Assembly: GCF_004010195.1 (NCBI RefSeq)
Contig: NC_057719.1
Coordinates: 1,619,761 to 1,677,277 of the forward strand
Reading direction: 5' to 3'
Origin: Chiloscyllium plagiosum
Taxonomy: Eukaryota
Length of the DNA: 57,517 nucleotides
In this document: in pieces, positions 12,936-25,790 of the stretch
How the letters are laid out: every line of letters begins with the position of its first letter
Numbering within the stretch: the first letter of the stretch is position 1
Translations under genes and position numbers: made by a program
The notes under the pieces: generated by a model
Database searches by the model: none
Seen by the model: only the letters and a program-made list of their open reading frames with translations
What the model was told of the DNA's origin: nothing

Positions 12936-14330
12936 AGAGTCATAGAGTCCTACACACGGAGACAGGCCCTTTGGCCCAAACTGATACATGCTGACCAAAA
13001 TGTCCGTCCACACTAACCCCATTTCCCTGCACTTGGCCCATATCCTTCTAGTCTTTTCCTATCCATGCATTTGTCCAAATGCCTTTTAAATGTTATTAAG
13101 ATATCCGCCTCAATCACTTCTGCTGGCAACTCATTCCATGTGCGTACTATCCTGTATAATATAATTGCCCCTCAGGTTCCCTTTAATTATTTCCCCTCTA
13201 ACCTTAAACTGGTGCCCTCTAGTCCTCGATTCCCCAACCCTGGGAAAGAGACTGAGTGCATTCACTCTATCCATGCCTCTCATGTCTTATATATCTCTAT
13301 GGGGTACCCCCTCAGTCTCCTACACTCAAAAGAAAAAAGTCCTAGGGCTTGTCCAACCTCTCCCTATAACTCAGGTCATTGATTCCCGGTAACCTCCCTG
13401 TAAATTTCTTCTGCACTCTTTCCAGTTTAATAGCATCCTTCCTATAGCAAGGAGAAGAAAGTGAGGTCTGCAGATGCTTGAGATCAGAGCTGAAAATGTG
13501 TTGCTGGAAAAGCGCAGCAGGTCAGGCAGCATCCAGGGAACAGGAGAATCGACGTTTCGGGCATAAGCCAATGTCCTGTATAACTGCAACATAACTTCCC
13601 AACTTCTATACTCAGTCCCCTGACTGATGAAGGCCAGTGTGCCAAAGGCCTTCCTCACTGCCCTGTCTACCTGTGACTCCACTTTCAGAGAACCGTGCAC
13701 CTGAACTCCAAGATCCCTCTGTTCTACCACACTCCTTAAGGCCCTACCATTCACCATGAAACACCTACTTTGATTTGACTTTACAAAATGCAAGACCCCT
13801 CACTTATCTATATTAAACTCCATTTGCCATTTCTTGACCCACTTCCCCAGAGGATCAAAGTCCTGCTGCAATTTTTGATAACATTCCTCACTCTCCATGA
13901 TACTGCCTATTTTACTGTCCTCTGCAAGTTACTAATCATGCCTTGGGGTACATTCTCATCCAAATCACTGATGTAGATAACAAACAGTAATGGGCCCAGC
14001 ACCGACCCCTGAGGCACTCCATAGTCACAGGCCTCCAGTTCGACAAGCATCCTTCTACTATTACCCTCTGCTTCCTACCATCAAGCCAATTGTGTATCCA
14101 ATTTGCTAATCCCCCCTGGATTCCATGCATTCTAACCTTCAGTGCAGCCTATGATGTGGAACCTTATCAAAGGCCTTACTGAAATCCATATAGACTACAT
14201 CAACTGCCCTACCCTCATCAACCTTCTTGGTCACAAAGAACTCTAACAAATTTGTGAGGCATGATCTCCCACCTCAAAGCCATGCTGATTATTCAGAATC
14301 AAATCTGTCTTTCCAAATGCATGTACTGTA
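12936..14330 (-). mobile_element. HER1/CR1 LINE fragment with a Penelope pLTR inserted at ~13450-13568
   Basis: RT motifs (MHGIQGGLANWIHNWL, RDLGVQVHGSLKVESQVD). The insert reads gaaagtgaggtctgcagatgc...gaatcgacgtttcgggcataagcc. Confidence 0.85.
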
Positions 14331-14957
14331 TACCTTATCTTTCTTGTCTTTTAGACTAGATTGTTTTAATTTCAGTTTTTTTTAATTGATTTCAAATTTC
14401 ATATTTATGCTGGGATTCAAGCCCATGACCTCACAGCTTTAGCCCATGGTTCTCAGCATCACTGTACCACTCCCCGTAAAGATCATCTAGACAAGATAAA
14501 TGGGTCTTTCTCTGATTGGCAAGATGGAACTAGTAGAGTACCCCTGGGTGCCCCAACTATTGACAGTCTATGTTTATGATTTGGATTCAGGGCTAGAAAG
14601 TACTATAGCCAGCTCTGCAGATGACACTATAATAGATTGGAGATAAATTTGTTTCTTAATTTCAACTCACAAATGGATATGGTTAGGTTATGTGAATGGG
14701 CCAAAGTTTAACGTTGATAATTGAGGTTTTCCATTTTAGTTGAAGTAATAAAAAGGTAACTTATTATCGAAATAAAAAACTTGAGAGTGCTTTGGACAGA
14801 TCTGAGTGTCTTTGTGCATGAATTGCAGAAAATTAGTATGCAGGTAATAAAGAGGGCAAATGGAATTTTGGCATTTATTGCAAAACCTGCTGTGGCATTT
14901 GGTATGATCGTGGCTGATTCTCTATTTCAATGCCGAACTCCTGCTTCCTCCCCATAC

Positions 14958-15085
14958 AGCTTGATGAAGGGCTTTTGCCCGAAATGTCGATTCGCCTCCT
15001 CGGATGCTGCCTGACCTGCTGTGCTTTTCCAGCATTACACTCTCGACTCTGATCTCCAGCACCTGCAGTCCTCACTTTCTCCTGC
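14958..15085 (+). mobile_element. Penelope pLTR solo fragment with degenerate hammerhead
   Basis: ttgatgaagggcttttgcccgaaatgtcgattc...ctgcagtcctcactttctcc; C3 position and stem III are mutated. Confidence 0.7.
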
Positions 15086-15556
15086 TTCTAGCATCTATAT
15101 TTCATTAACATATTCAGTGATTTGACTATCACAACCTTATATGGAAATAAGTCACCAATGATATGTGTTCTGCCAAGATTTCTTTAATGTGCAGAATATT
15201 ATATGGTGTGCGATCCCACTTTGACAGCTTTGTATTATGGTTAAAGAATTGCAATTTTCACATTGGGATTACGATTTGACCTGGCTGCTTCACTTGCTGC
15301 CACTCACTCCTGATCCTTACCCCTTCCTGCTTGTAGCCCTGCTTTCCCACTGCTTACTGCTCGGCACAAGTGAGGCAGTGAGGGGACAGGAGAGGAGTAT
15401 TGAGCAACGTGACCAAGAGATGCAGGCAGTCGGGTGAACATGGTGATGAGCTAAGTGGCAATGAATTAGGAATGATCCAGTGAGCTCATAACAATGACAT
15501 AGCAGTGACTCACATACACACTAGAAGTGGGTGGTAGCCTTCTGTTGACGTTCAGG

Positions 15557-15592
15557 ATTCCTGACGAAGGGCTTTTGTCCGAAACGTCGATT
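15557..15592 (+). ncRNA. Minimal type I hammerhead ribozyme motif (Penelope-type)
   Basis: ATTC-CTGACGA-A-GGGC TTTT GTCC-GAAA-CG-TC-GATT: catalytic core, stem II, palindromic ACGT stem III, GUC cleavage triplet. Confidence 0.65.
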
Positions 15593-15690
15593 TTACTGCT
15601 CCACGGATGCTGCCTGAACTGCTGTGCTTTTCCAGCACCATTCTAATCTAGACTCTGGTTTCCAGCATCTGCAGTCATTGTTTTTACCTA
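15557..15690 (+). mobile_element. Penelope pLTR solo insertion
   Basis: Matches the 3' terminus of the Penelope element at 56676-56805 (...gcatctgcagtcattgtttttacct). Confidence 0.8.
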
Positions 15691-15817
15691 GTTCAGTGTC
15701 AGGAGTACAGTGTAGGATAAATTAGATGTGGAGGTATCGGTGTTGGACTGGGATGGACAAAGTCAGAAGTCACACAACATCAGGCTATAGTCCAATGGTT
15801 TGTTTCAAATCACAAGC

Positions 15818-16555
15818 TAAGGTCCTAGGGAGTGTTGCTGAACAAAGAGACCTTGGAGTGCAGGTTCATAGCTCCTTGAAAGTGAGTCACAGGTAGATAG
15901 GATAGTGAAGAAGGTGTTTGGTATGCTTTCCTTTATCAGTCGGATTACTGAGTACAGGGGTTGGGAGGTCATGTTGCAGCTGTACAGGTCATTGGTTAGG
16001 CCACTGTTGGAGTATTGAGTGCAATTCTGGTCTCCTTCCTATCGGTAAGATGTTGCAAAACTTGAAAGGGTTCAAAAAAGATTTACAAGGACGTTGCCAA
16101 GGTTGGAGGATTTGAGCTGTAGGGAGAGGCTGAACAGGCTGGGGCTGTTTCCCCTGGAGCGTCGGAGGCTGAGGGGTGACCCTATAGAGGTTTACAAAAT
16201 TATGAGGGGCATGGATAGGATAAATAGACACAGTTTTTCCCTGGGGTGGGGGAATCCATAACTAGAGGGCAGAGGTTTAGGGTGATAGGGGAAAGATATA
16301 AAAGAGACCTACGGGGCAACTTTTTCACGCAGAGGGTGGTACGTGTATGGAATGAGCAGCCAGAGGAAGTGGTGGAGGCTGATACAATTGCAACATTTAA
16401 AAGGCATTCGGATGGGTATATGAATAGGAAGGGTTTGGAGGAATATGGGCCGGGTGCTGGCAGGTGGGACTAGATTGGGTTGGGATATCTGGTCGGCATG
16501 GCTGGGTTGGACTGAAGGGACTGTTTCCATGCTGTACATCTCTATGACTCTATGA
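15818..16555 (+). mobile_element. HER1/CR1 LINE 3' fragment (young)
   Basis: C-terminal RT with frameshifts, 3'UTR ending tctctatgactctatgac; highly similar to copies at 34022, 42350 and 48533. Confidence 0.9.
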
Positions 16556-16654
16556 CACTGCTCGTCAGGTGGTGTCATGTGATTTCTGGATAAATAAGAC
16601 TGGAACCTGATGAGAGAAATCACACCAGCTGGACGATAGTGGAGAGCTATTCTC

Positions 16655-16968
16655 ATAGAATTACTGCAGTGTGGAAACAGATCATTTGGCCCAACAAGTC
16701 CACACCAACCCTCCGAAGAGTATCCCACCCAGACCTATTCCCCTACCCTATTACTGTATATTTCCCCTGACTAATGCACCTAAACTACACATCCCTGAAC
16801 AATATGGGCAGTTTAGCATAGCCATTTCACCTGACCTGCACATCTTTGGAGTATGGGAGGAAACCGGAGCACTCAGAGGAATTCCATGCAGATGTAGGGA
16901 GAATGTGCAAATTCCACACAGTCAGTCACTCGAGACTGGAATCGAACCTGGGTCCCTGGCACTGAGAG
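16655..16968 (-). mobile_element. HE1-type V-SINE, 5' truncated
   Basis: Reverse complement of the SINE body; B box ggaatcgaacc at ~16938-16948; A box missing. Confidence 0.8.
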
Positions 16969-16989
16969 ATATTGGAAGAAGTTTTTTTT

Positions 16990-17430
16990 TTCACTGTCTG
17001 ATGTGGTCATCACTGGCTGGGCCAGCATTTATTGCCTGTACCCATTGTCCGTGAGAACGTGGTAGCAAAAATGCCTTCTTGAACCACTGCAGTCCATGTG
17101 CTTGCTATGGGTAGACCCACAATGCTGTTAGGGAGAGAATTCCAGGATTTTGATCCAGTGACGCTGAAGGAATGGTGATATATTTCCAAGTCACAGTAGT
17201 GAGTGGCTTGGCAGGGAGCATGCAATTTATGATGTTCCTATGTATCTGTTGCCTTTGTCCTTCCAAATGGAAGAGGTCGTGGGTTTGGAAGGTGCTGTCT
17301 AAGGATCTTTGTTGAGTTTCTGCAGTGCATCTGTAAATAGTACACAATGCTGCTACTGAATGTCGATGGTGGAGGGAGTGGATGTGGTGTCAATCAAGTG
17401 GACTGCTTTGGCCTGGACAAAAGCTGCAGT
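16990..17430 (-). mobile_element. CR1/L2-group LINE 3' fragment
   Basis: Same family as 3085-3640; SKSWNSLPNSIVG on the minus strand. Confidence 0.7.
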
Positions 17431-18269
17431 CATATTGAGAAGGATGCAGAAGAAATAAAAACAGAAATGGAGATAGTGTGTTGGTATTAAAATTGACCAC
17501 TGTGATCCATCTATACATTGCAGATGCACTTGCAAAGCAGTTTCAGTGAGAAAAATACACACAAACATAGAATTTCTCCTGATTGAAACCTGTTGCTTAT
17601 TTTACTGATGAAATGACAAATCACACAATCAAAAGGAAAACAATTTCTGTATTGAATTCTTCAAATTTTCACATCAGGTGACAAGAACATGGAATTTAGA
17701 GAAATTGGGTTTGCCAATCTTTAACACTGGGGAATGCAAACAGACTTGGATAAGCCAGTGTTGTGATTTCCCCCTACAGATTCCTTATGCATGCTGTAAG
17801 CAAGGCGAATGTGTACTGTTCTGTTGGAAGCTTTTACTTTGAAGCAAGATTGAATGAAAGTAATTGTCAGAATTGCAATGTTGTGTTTCTGCACCTGTGG
17901 TTATTATTTCACCTAGCAGTGGATGTTGCACATTAACCCAGCCAAACAGCAAACACTGGAGAAACTCCATGAAGAAATAAATTGAGTTAACTTTTCAAAT
18001 ATGTGGCAATTAATCAGAACTGGGAAGAGTTAGAATTGTATTAGATTTTGAGCAAGTGAGAGGGTGGGGGTAAGGAAGAACAAAAGGGAAAGCCTGTGAT
18101 TGGTGGAAGGAATAGAGATTAAATAACAAAAGATCTGATGAATCACGGCCACCGGGAGTGATAATAGAGCATATAAAAAAATCAAAAGTTTTGTCCAGAT
18201 GAGGTGTGAAAGGTTGGATAATAGACATCTGAATGTAAAGAAAACAAAGAAATGACTCTTTCTTTCACA

Positions 18270-18567
18270 ATAGATTAGATTAGTTTTCCTACAGTGTGGA
18301 AACAGGCCCTTCGGCCTAACAAGTCCACACCAACCCTCCGAAGAGTAACCCACCCAGACCCATTCCCCCCTGACTAATGCCCCTAATACTATGGGGAATT
18401 TAGCATGGCCAATTCACCTCACCGGCACATCTTTGGACTGTGGGAGGAAACCCACACAGACACTGGGAGAATGTGCAAATTGCACACAGACAGCCGCCCA
18501 AGGCTGGAATTGAACCTGGGCCCTGGTGCTGTGAGGCAGCAGTACTAACCACTGAGCCACTGTGCTG
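18270..18567 (-). mobile_element. HE1-type V-SINE, full length, antisense to BRF1
   Basis: A box (rc ccactgagcca) 18549-18559, B box (rc ggaattgaacc) 18506-18516, (tagat)n tail at ~18270. Confidence 0.88.
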
Positions 18568-18569
18568 TC

Positions 18570-19113
18570 GGTACTCTTAACTATTTTTATACATGCACTT
18601 TAGAAAGTATCCTATCTGGATGCATCACAGTTTGGTATGACAACTCCTCTGCCCAAGACCACAAGAAATTACAGAGAGTTATGAATGCAGCCTACTCCAT
18701 TACAAAAACCAGCCTTCCTTCCATTGATCCCAGCTACCCTTCCTGCTGCCTTGGGACAGCAACCAACATCATCAAAGACCCCTCCCACCCCAGTTATACT
18801 TTCTTCCAGACTCTTCTGTTGTGCAGAGTATACATAAGTTTGAAAATATGTACCAACATGTTCTAGAACAGCTTCTTCCCCATTGTTATCAGACCAATGA
18901 ATGGACCTCTCATGTATTAGAATTGATCCTTTTCTGCACCTTCTCTATAACTGTAACACTATATATTCTGCATTCATTTCCCATTATCCTGATATACTTT
19001 AGTAGGTATGATTTGTCTGGTTAATATGCAATCCCCATTGTCTCCTAGTATGCAATACAATATTTTTCACTGTATCTCGGTATATGTGACAGTCAAAATA
19101 AATCAAATCAAAT
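18570..19113 (+). mobile_element. Rex1/Babar LINE 3' end
   Basis: FYTCTLESILSGCITVWY...KKLQRVMNAA...IIKDPSHP; ends aataaatcaaatcaaat. A minus-strand tail of the same family lies at ~43080-43165. Confidence 0.78.
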
Positions 19114-19569
19114 GAGAGGAAAGATCAGGAAAGGACATGAAACAAATGGAAAAGACTTTTTTTGCTCCACAAATGCTGCTAGATGTGTTGTGTTTCTCCA
19201 GCACTTCCTGGTTTTGTTTCAGATTTCCAGAATTTGCAGTTCCTTATGTTTATCCTGGGAAGAGGTTGTGATCTAAAGCTGCTTGATTCAATGTTGGAAT
19301 TCAGTCGGCAATAGACTGGTGAGGCAAAGAGATGTAGAGAAATCTGTCAGTCCTGTCGGATATCATTTGAGACTAAGCAAATATTGTTCTGGTACAAGGA
19401 ACTATGAGCAGAGAATGGTTATGCAGATTTAATATCTGGAGGTTTATGCAGCCAGGATACAAGAGAGAATGACCTTCAATTTCTGTAGCACCTTTCATGA
19501 CCTTGGGTTTCTCAGAGCACTTTGGGATTTAAAAATTTAATTGTATACATTGTACAGCAACAGAAATGA

Positions 19570-19998
<429 letters not shown>

Positions 19999-20019
19999 TA
20001 ACAACTTTCTTTCTGCAAA

Positions 20020-20680
20020 CTCTAAAATTAAATGAACCTTTGGTAAACCACACCTGGAATTCTGTGATTTCTGGTATCCAGATTATAAAAAGGGTATAGA
20101 GCTACTGGCAAAACAAAATACAAGAATGCTGTTGGATGGGTATAACTCTCAGGAAAGATTGAAAAAAACTAGAACTCCTTTCTTTGGAAAAGAGAGTCCC
20201 CGAAGATAATTAAGTGATAGATCCTAGACTTTGTTATAAGTCAGGATTTTGTTCAGGCCTGTTTGGAGGACCCCAGCAGGGGAGAGAGATGGAATAGTCT
20301 GGGTTGTTTTCCTTGGAGCAGAGGAGACTGAGGGGACATGATTGAGTTTATAAAATTATGAGTGGCACAGGATAGATGGGTATAAAAGATTTCTCTTGGT
20401 GGAGGGGCCATAGATTTAAGATAGGGGTGAATGATTTAAATGAGATGTGAGCAAAGCTTTTTCACCTAGAGGCTGGTGGGAAAATGGAACTCACTGCTTG
20501 TAAGGGTGGTATAGGCAGGAACCCTCCTAACATTTAACAGCGGTTTAGATGTACACTTGCAGTGCCAAGGTATGCAAGGCTATAGGCCAAGTGCTGAAAA
20601 ATGGAATTAGAAAATTTAGGTAGTTGGTTTTTGACTGGCATGGACACAATGGGCTGAGGGGCTTTTTTCAGACTGTTTAC
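20020..20680 (+). mobile_element. Old CR1 3' fragments
   Basis: ttccttggagcagaggagactgagggg..., gggccatagatttaag, tggaactcactgc, and a CR1 3'UTR. Confidence 0.65.
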
Positions 20681-22059
20681 CAGCAAGGGACAGAAGAGTA
20701 GTTGTGTATTGTTGGATTTAGAAGCTGAGTTGGGGGAGTGAGGAATGAGGCCTATACCACCCTTACAAGGTCTTTTGGTAGTGGTGATGGTTTGGAGGTA
20801 AGGATATGCTCTTGATGGACCACGTAGAGGAGGTATTCTGAACATGACCCACGCAGTGAAAGCTGCTGTGCTGCTCCCAACATCCCCCCCCCACAGCTTT
20901 CCTCACCACTTTTTATAGTGGTGGAGGCACTTGAGGCAATCAGTTAGCTAAGTGAGGGCCTCAAAAGGCACAAAGGTGGGCAGGCTGCCTGATGCATAGC
21001 CTGCCCTTTGTAATGTGGAAGACAGATCAGGGGTGCGTGCAAAGGTGGTGGGCTGGGCACTGTTTTATTTAAGAAAACCTCTGTCACCTCAAATACTGGC
21101 AGAATACCAGTAAGATTCCTTCCTTTTCAAGAAGCAAGTACAAGGGGAAAGATGCCTTGGTAATTAATAAGTTTTATAAATTGCCTCTAGGCCTGGCAAG
21201 TTGAAACACACCTCAGTTTCACAGGCTGATATTTCCACAGTTTGCTGCCTCCTCTCAACCTGAATAGCTCACCAAACTGGCAGTCTTCCATCCTACAGGG
21301 TAGCTTTTGCAGGGAATAGCAATGACTGCATGAAAGGTTAGGCTGGGGTGCATTGTGGGAGCTGCACTCTGTACTTGGTACTGACTTTGCATTGTTCTCT
21401 TGATCACAGACTGTTTTCAAAAATTCCATAAACTATATTCAAGTGGCAAGAAAAAGAAATCTAAATACTCCGTTAAAAACCCGAATCAAGGAATTTTGAT
21501 GGAAAGTTCGGAAACAGCAATTTTTGAAAAATATTTTTGTCAAGATCTTGGGACTCTGCATTCGCTCCTTCCGCCAACTGAACACAACAGTCTTCAACCC
21601 ACTCCTCCCCACGCCCCCCCACCACCACCTTGCTGGAATTGCTGATTGGATTGACTGATGCAGTGCATGTTTACCTCTCATCCCTTCCCAACATATCCAA
21701 AGGAGCATGGGAGTTGGGAGAAATTGTTGTCCTTGGACTTTGGTTATTCACCTCCTAACGGTGATATTTCAAATTAAGTCTCCTGTTCACTCTGGCTGTC
21801 TTTGTGCCAGCTCTCTGCCACAGCCTTTTTTAGCTGTGGTGATCTGAGATTGTGGACACTAAATTTGTCCTCAGTGTGAATGGGCATTTTATTATATAGC
21901 CTATGCTGTTCAGAAATGGAGTTGGCTTTGATTCTGGGATGAAGAAGTGGCAGGGAGGGAAGAGCAGAGACCTGCTAAGAGATTGTTCTATATTCCAGTG
22001 GGCTTATGCAAGTGCACAGCCTCTAACACCTGAAGTCTGATCACACGTGCAGTCTTCCT

Positions 22060-22680
22060 GACCATAGAGCAGCTCCATTGAGCCCATCAAATCCATTCTG
22101 CCATTCAATGAGCTCATGGATGATCTGATAATCCTAAATCCATTCTCAACCCTTTACTTGATAAAATTCTGCCTGCCCCTCCCTTGAATAGTTTTGACAG
22201 CGCTCTGATAAAAAGAAATTCCGCAGATTAACTACTGTTTGAGAGGAGAACATCCTCCTCATCACTGTCTTAAATATGGCACCCCTCACTCTGAGATTAT
22301 GCCCTCTGGTCCTAGACTTCCCACAACTGGAAACGGCCTTTCCTCGTCTACCTTGTTAAGTCCTCAAAAAATTTTGTTTATTTTAATAAGATCCCCTTTT
22401 AAATTCCTTTGAGTACAGGCCCGACCTGCTCAGCCTCCCCCAAAGCAACAATCCCTCCATCCCAGTATCAGCCTGCTGCACCTTCTCTGGACTGCTTGTA
22501 AACCCGAAACGTTGATTTTCCTGCTCCTCTGATGCTGCCTGACCTGCTGTGCTTTTCCAGCAACAAATTCTCAACTCTGATCTCCAGCATCTGCAGACCT
22601 CACTGTCTCCTGCCTGTAAAACCAGTATATCTTTCCTTCGATAAGGAGCACAAAACTATTAACAGTGTTCCAGCTGCTTG
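22060..22680 (-). mobile_element. Old CR1 3' fragment with a Penelope pLTR piece at ~22503-22612
   Basis: ttatgccctctggtcctagac...; insert cccgaaacgttgattttcctgctcc...ctgcagacctcact. Confidence 0.65.
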
Positions 22681-23109
22681 TCTGATGCATCAGTAAGGTG
22701 CTCAGTCATGATATCTCATATGATTTGAACAGCGCTGAAATGTCTAAAGAATCACACAGAAGGAGTTAGTTTTGTAGCCAAAGCAGTTGTATGGACTAAA
22801 TAGTTTTAGCAAATCTGCATGGACTGAAATTTAGTATAAACCACTTCCGTCAATCAGGCCCCTTTTTCATAACATCATAGAATCCCTACAGTGCAGAAAC
22901 AGGCCATTTGGTTCAATTGTAAATGTTAGAAGCTGTGTCAGGGAGATTCCAGATTTCCTGTGGACTCAGCACTGCTCACTTTAAGGACCTTGTGGCTGAT
23001 CTCCAGAAGCTGAGTGGAAAAGCACCATGCTGCCAGGGTAGAAATCTCTCATTTACGGGGATTGCCCTAAATTTGCTTGGCATCAACAGTGCAGTTGGAA
23101 ATTGCACGT

Positions 23110-23600
23110 CATAAAGTCATACAGTCCTATAGCACAGAGACAGGCCCTTTAATCCAAACTGGTCCATGCCGACCAAAATGCCTATCCATGCTAACCCCAT
23201 ATCCTTCTAGTCCTTTCCTATCCATATATTTGTTGAAATGTCTTTTAAATGTTGTTAATGTACCAACCTCAACCAGTTCTGCTGGCAGCTCATTCCATAT
23301 GCGTACCACCCTCTGTGTAAAAAAAAAAGTTGCCCCTCAGGTTCCCTTTTGTTCTTTCCCCTCTAACCTTAAACTGATGCTCTCTAGTCCTCGATTCCCC
23401 AACCCTGGGAAAAAGACTGAGTGCATTCACCCTATCCATGTCTCTCATGATCTTATACACCTTTATAAGGTCCCCCCTCAGTCTCCTACACTCTATAAAG
23501 AAAAAAGTCTAGCTTGTCCAACCTCTCCCTATAACTCAGACCATTGAGTCCAGGCAACATCCTTGTAAGTTTCTTCTGCACTTTTTCCAGTTTAATACCA
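23110..23600 (-). mobile_element. HER1/CR1 LINE 3' fragment
   Basis: Same subfamily as 12936-13445 (VRIWNELPAELVEVGTLTTFKRH). Confidence 0.85.
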
Positions 23601-24900
23601 TAGCATGCATGTCAACATTTTTGTGTTTTCCATATGTTCAGGAGCACTGGGTAGATGAGTATACAGTTTGGAGTCAAGGGAGGCTTTCTGAGGAGAGTCC
23701 AGTGGGTCTAAAGTACCTACCCTGTAGGGAGTTGAGATACCTTGCTGTTCAGATTCTGGGCTTTCATCACCTCTGTTACATGACCATGCGAGAGAACTGT
23801 TCTGTCCACAAGGAAGAAAGTTCCATTGCTCCAGTTACCTGGCTTGTTGCCTGAGTCAGCTTTGATCAGTCTGACCTCTCAGCTAAAAGTACTTGTACCC
23901 GATGGAGAAGTGTGCACATGATGCCTTCCTCTGACAATGAAATGGCCCCCCAATGCACACTCAAGAGGACTAGCTGGAGGAGACACTGGAAGGTGACAAA
24001 CACCTGTTGAAATATATCCCAGCCATACCTAACACCACTGGGAGAAGAGAACAATTGGGTAAAGGCAGTAAGGCTTGGCAGTGATGGTGCAATACCTTGG
24101 AGTCATGGGTTGCAGGGGTGTTACCTTGGCCCACAGTTTGTCATTATGCCTCTGATTTTGACGGGCCTGTGATGAAGAGGGAGAGTGCACTTCTAGTTCA
24201 GCAGGATAAGTAAGAATTCTCTATTTAGACTACAAAGAGTTAAAGTAATTTATTTTGTGTGGTTGCTTGGATATTTGAGTGCTGTTCAAATTGTTTGAGA
24301 TACCTTGACTGACTACCTTGTTAACGTACCAACTCTCTGCATCCAATATTGCCAAGATTCTAGTTTATGTTCACAAATTTCAACCTGTGAAGTATCTAAC
24401 GTGGCTCATGCTGTCTCAGCAGAGATCTGGCCTTCGTCCTGTGTGAAGGAGAAACCCTGACATGGAGAACGGTTCATCACCGCTCACTGATGAACAATTC
24501 TCTTATCAACTTGAGTGGAATGGCAGAGCCCTGACAACATGCTAAAGGTTCTCTAAGTCTGTCTCTCCCGAAGGATAAATGTATATTGCCAGTAGAAAGA
24601 TATTTTTAAACTAAGTCGCAGATTAGGAGGCATATGTACCCAGAGCTGTGAGCTCCCACCTATTTGGAGTAAGACTCACTCAGTTTGGTTTATATTTTAA
24701 TGTTATTTGATCTTTTTTATAAAATAAAACATAATCTCCATTTGAAGATGCCTGCAGTTGGTCTCCTTGGATTGTGATTCTCTCATGTCTGTGCCTCTGT
24801 CTGCCTATATCAGTCTTCCCCTGACTGTGTGCGTGTGTATGTTATGTATATGAGGTTTCCTTTCCAGTCTTTGGGGAATGAATTTGGATGTGTTTTCCAG

Positions 24901-24994
24901 CTCTCTTGGTTGCTGCTAGAATGCACGATTTCAGGCGAACTGTTAAAGAAGTCATTCGTGTGGTCAAAGTCTGCGAGTCAACTCTCAGGAAAAG
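24901..24994 (+). CDS. BRF1: BRF1 coding exon (human exon ~7 equivalent)
   Basis: tgttttccag|CTCTCTTG...GGAAAAG|gtgaat; 94 bp. (A)[30 protein letters not shown](R), in frame with the previous exon. Not shown in this frame by the ORF track. Confidence 0.96.
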
Positions 24995-25539
24995 GTGAAT
25001 TTGAATATTTGTGCATTTTCCATCAGTTTGTTTTTGCTATTTAATTTCTTCTTTCTTCTGGGAGTGTTGCCAAGTTCCCTAGGAGTCAGCCATCCTCTGG
25101 TATTTCACTCCTCCTTCATGTGTAAAGGCAGCTATGCAATCCTGGAGGGCGTATGGTTAGATATCAATCTTATGGTTAAAGGAGTCAGTATGGGGAAAAT
25201 GCAGGAATGGGGTAGTGATTGGATGATCAACGATGATTATATTGAATGAAGGAGCTGGCTAGAAGGGCCAAATGGCCTACTCTGCTCATATTTTCTCGAA
25301 CATTCAAGCCTAATTCATTCTCTCTCTCTCTCTGTGGACACTCATGTGGACACATTGTCATATATGCACCTTCTGACTTACCATCATAGTAAGCTTGTTA
25401 CACATTGCAGCAGGTGATTGGGTATGGTAGGTTAGCTCACCATTCTCAGCTGAGTGGGAGGTTTAGCTGCTCTTAGTCAAATGTATTGTTGGGTACGTTA
25501 TCAGAAACGTGATGTCAAGATTTTTTTTCTGATGAAATC

Positions 25540-25790
25540 CAATGGTGCAATGAGCCAGTCAGATTGGGAAGGTCAGCTTAACCTCTGCCTATGATGAGTG
25601 AGCTGATCTCAGCCAGAACAGCAGTGAAAGTACTGCAGTCAAACTCATTGAACTCCATTACGGAGGGGGAAAACTAAGCTGGGATTCTTAATGCTGATCA
25701 TTAAACAGTGATTGGCCTTGACAGCGTATGTCTGTGGCAGGGTGGGGAGAGATGAGGCTGGCATGTGATGCATTCTTGTCAGTAATATAT
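25540..25790 (+). mobile_element. Ancient SINE-like repeat, family not identified
   Basis: gagcc...gaaggtc...gagctgatctcagcc...gagggggaaaa..ctgggattc..gctgatca resembles an old chondrichthyan interspersed repeat as recalled; related 5' pieces at ~50700 and ~52430. Confidence 0.4.

Noticed and set aside
17805..17864. ANVYCSVGSFYFEARLNESN resembles the preceding BRF1 exon ([20 protein letters not shown])
   Set aside because: Only 7 of 20 identities, which a rough estimate says is expected by chance in ~19 kb. Poor acceptor and no GT donor at the expected 73-bp position. The true exon is probably left of the window.
25590..25610. ATGATGA...CTGA as a possible C/D snoRNA
   Set aside because: The boxes are too close, there is no terminal stem, and it lies within a decayed repeat. 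Other TGATGA hits belong to hammerhead cores.
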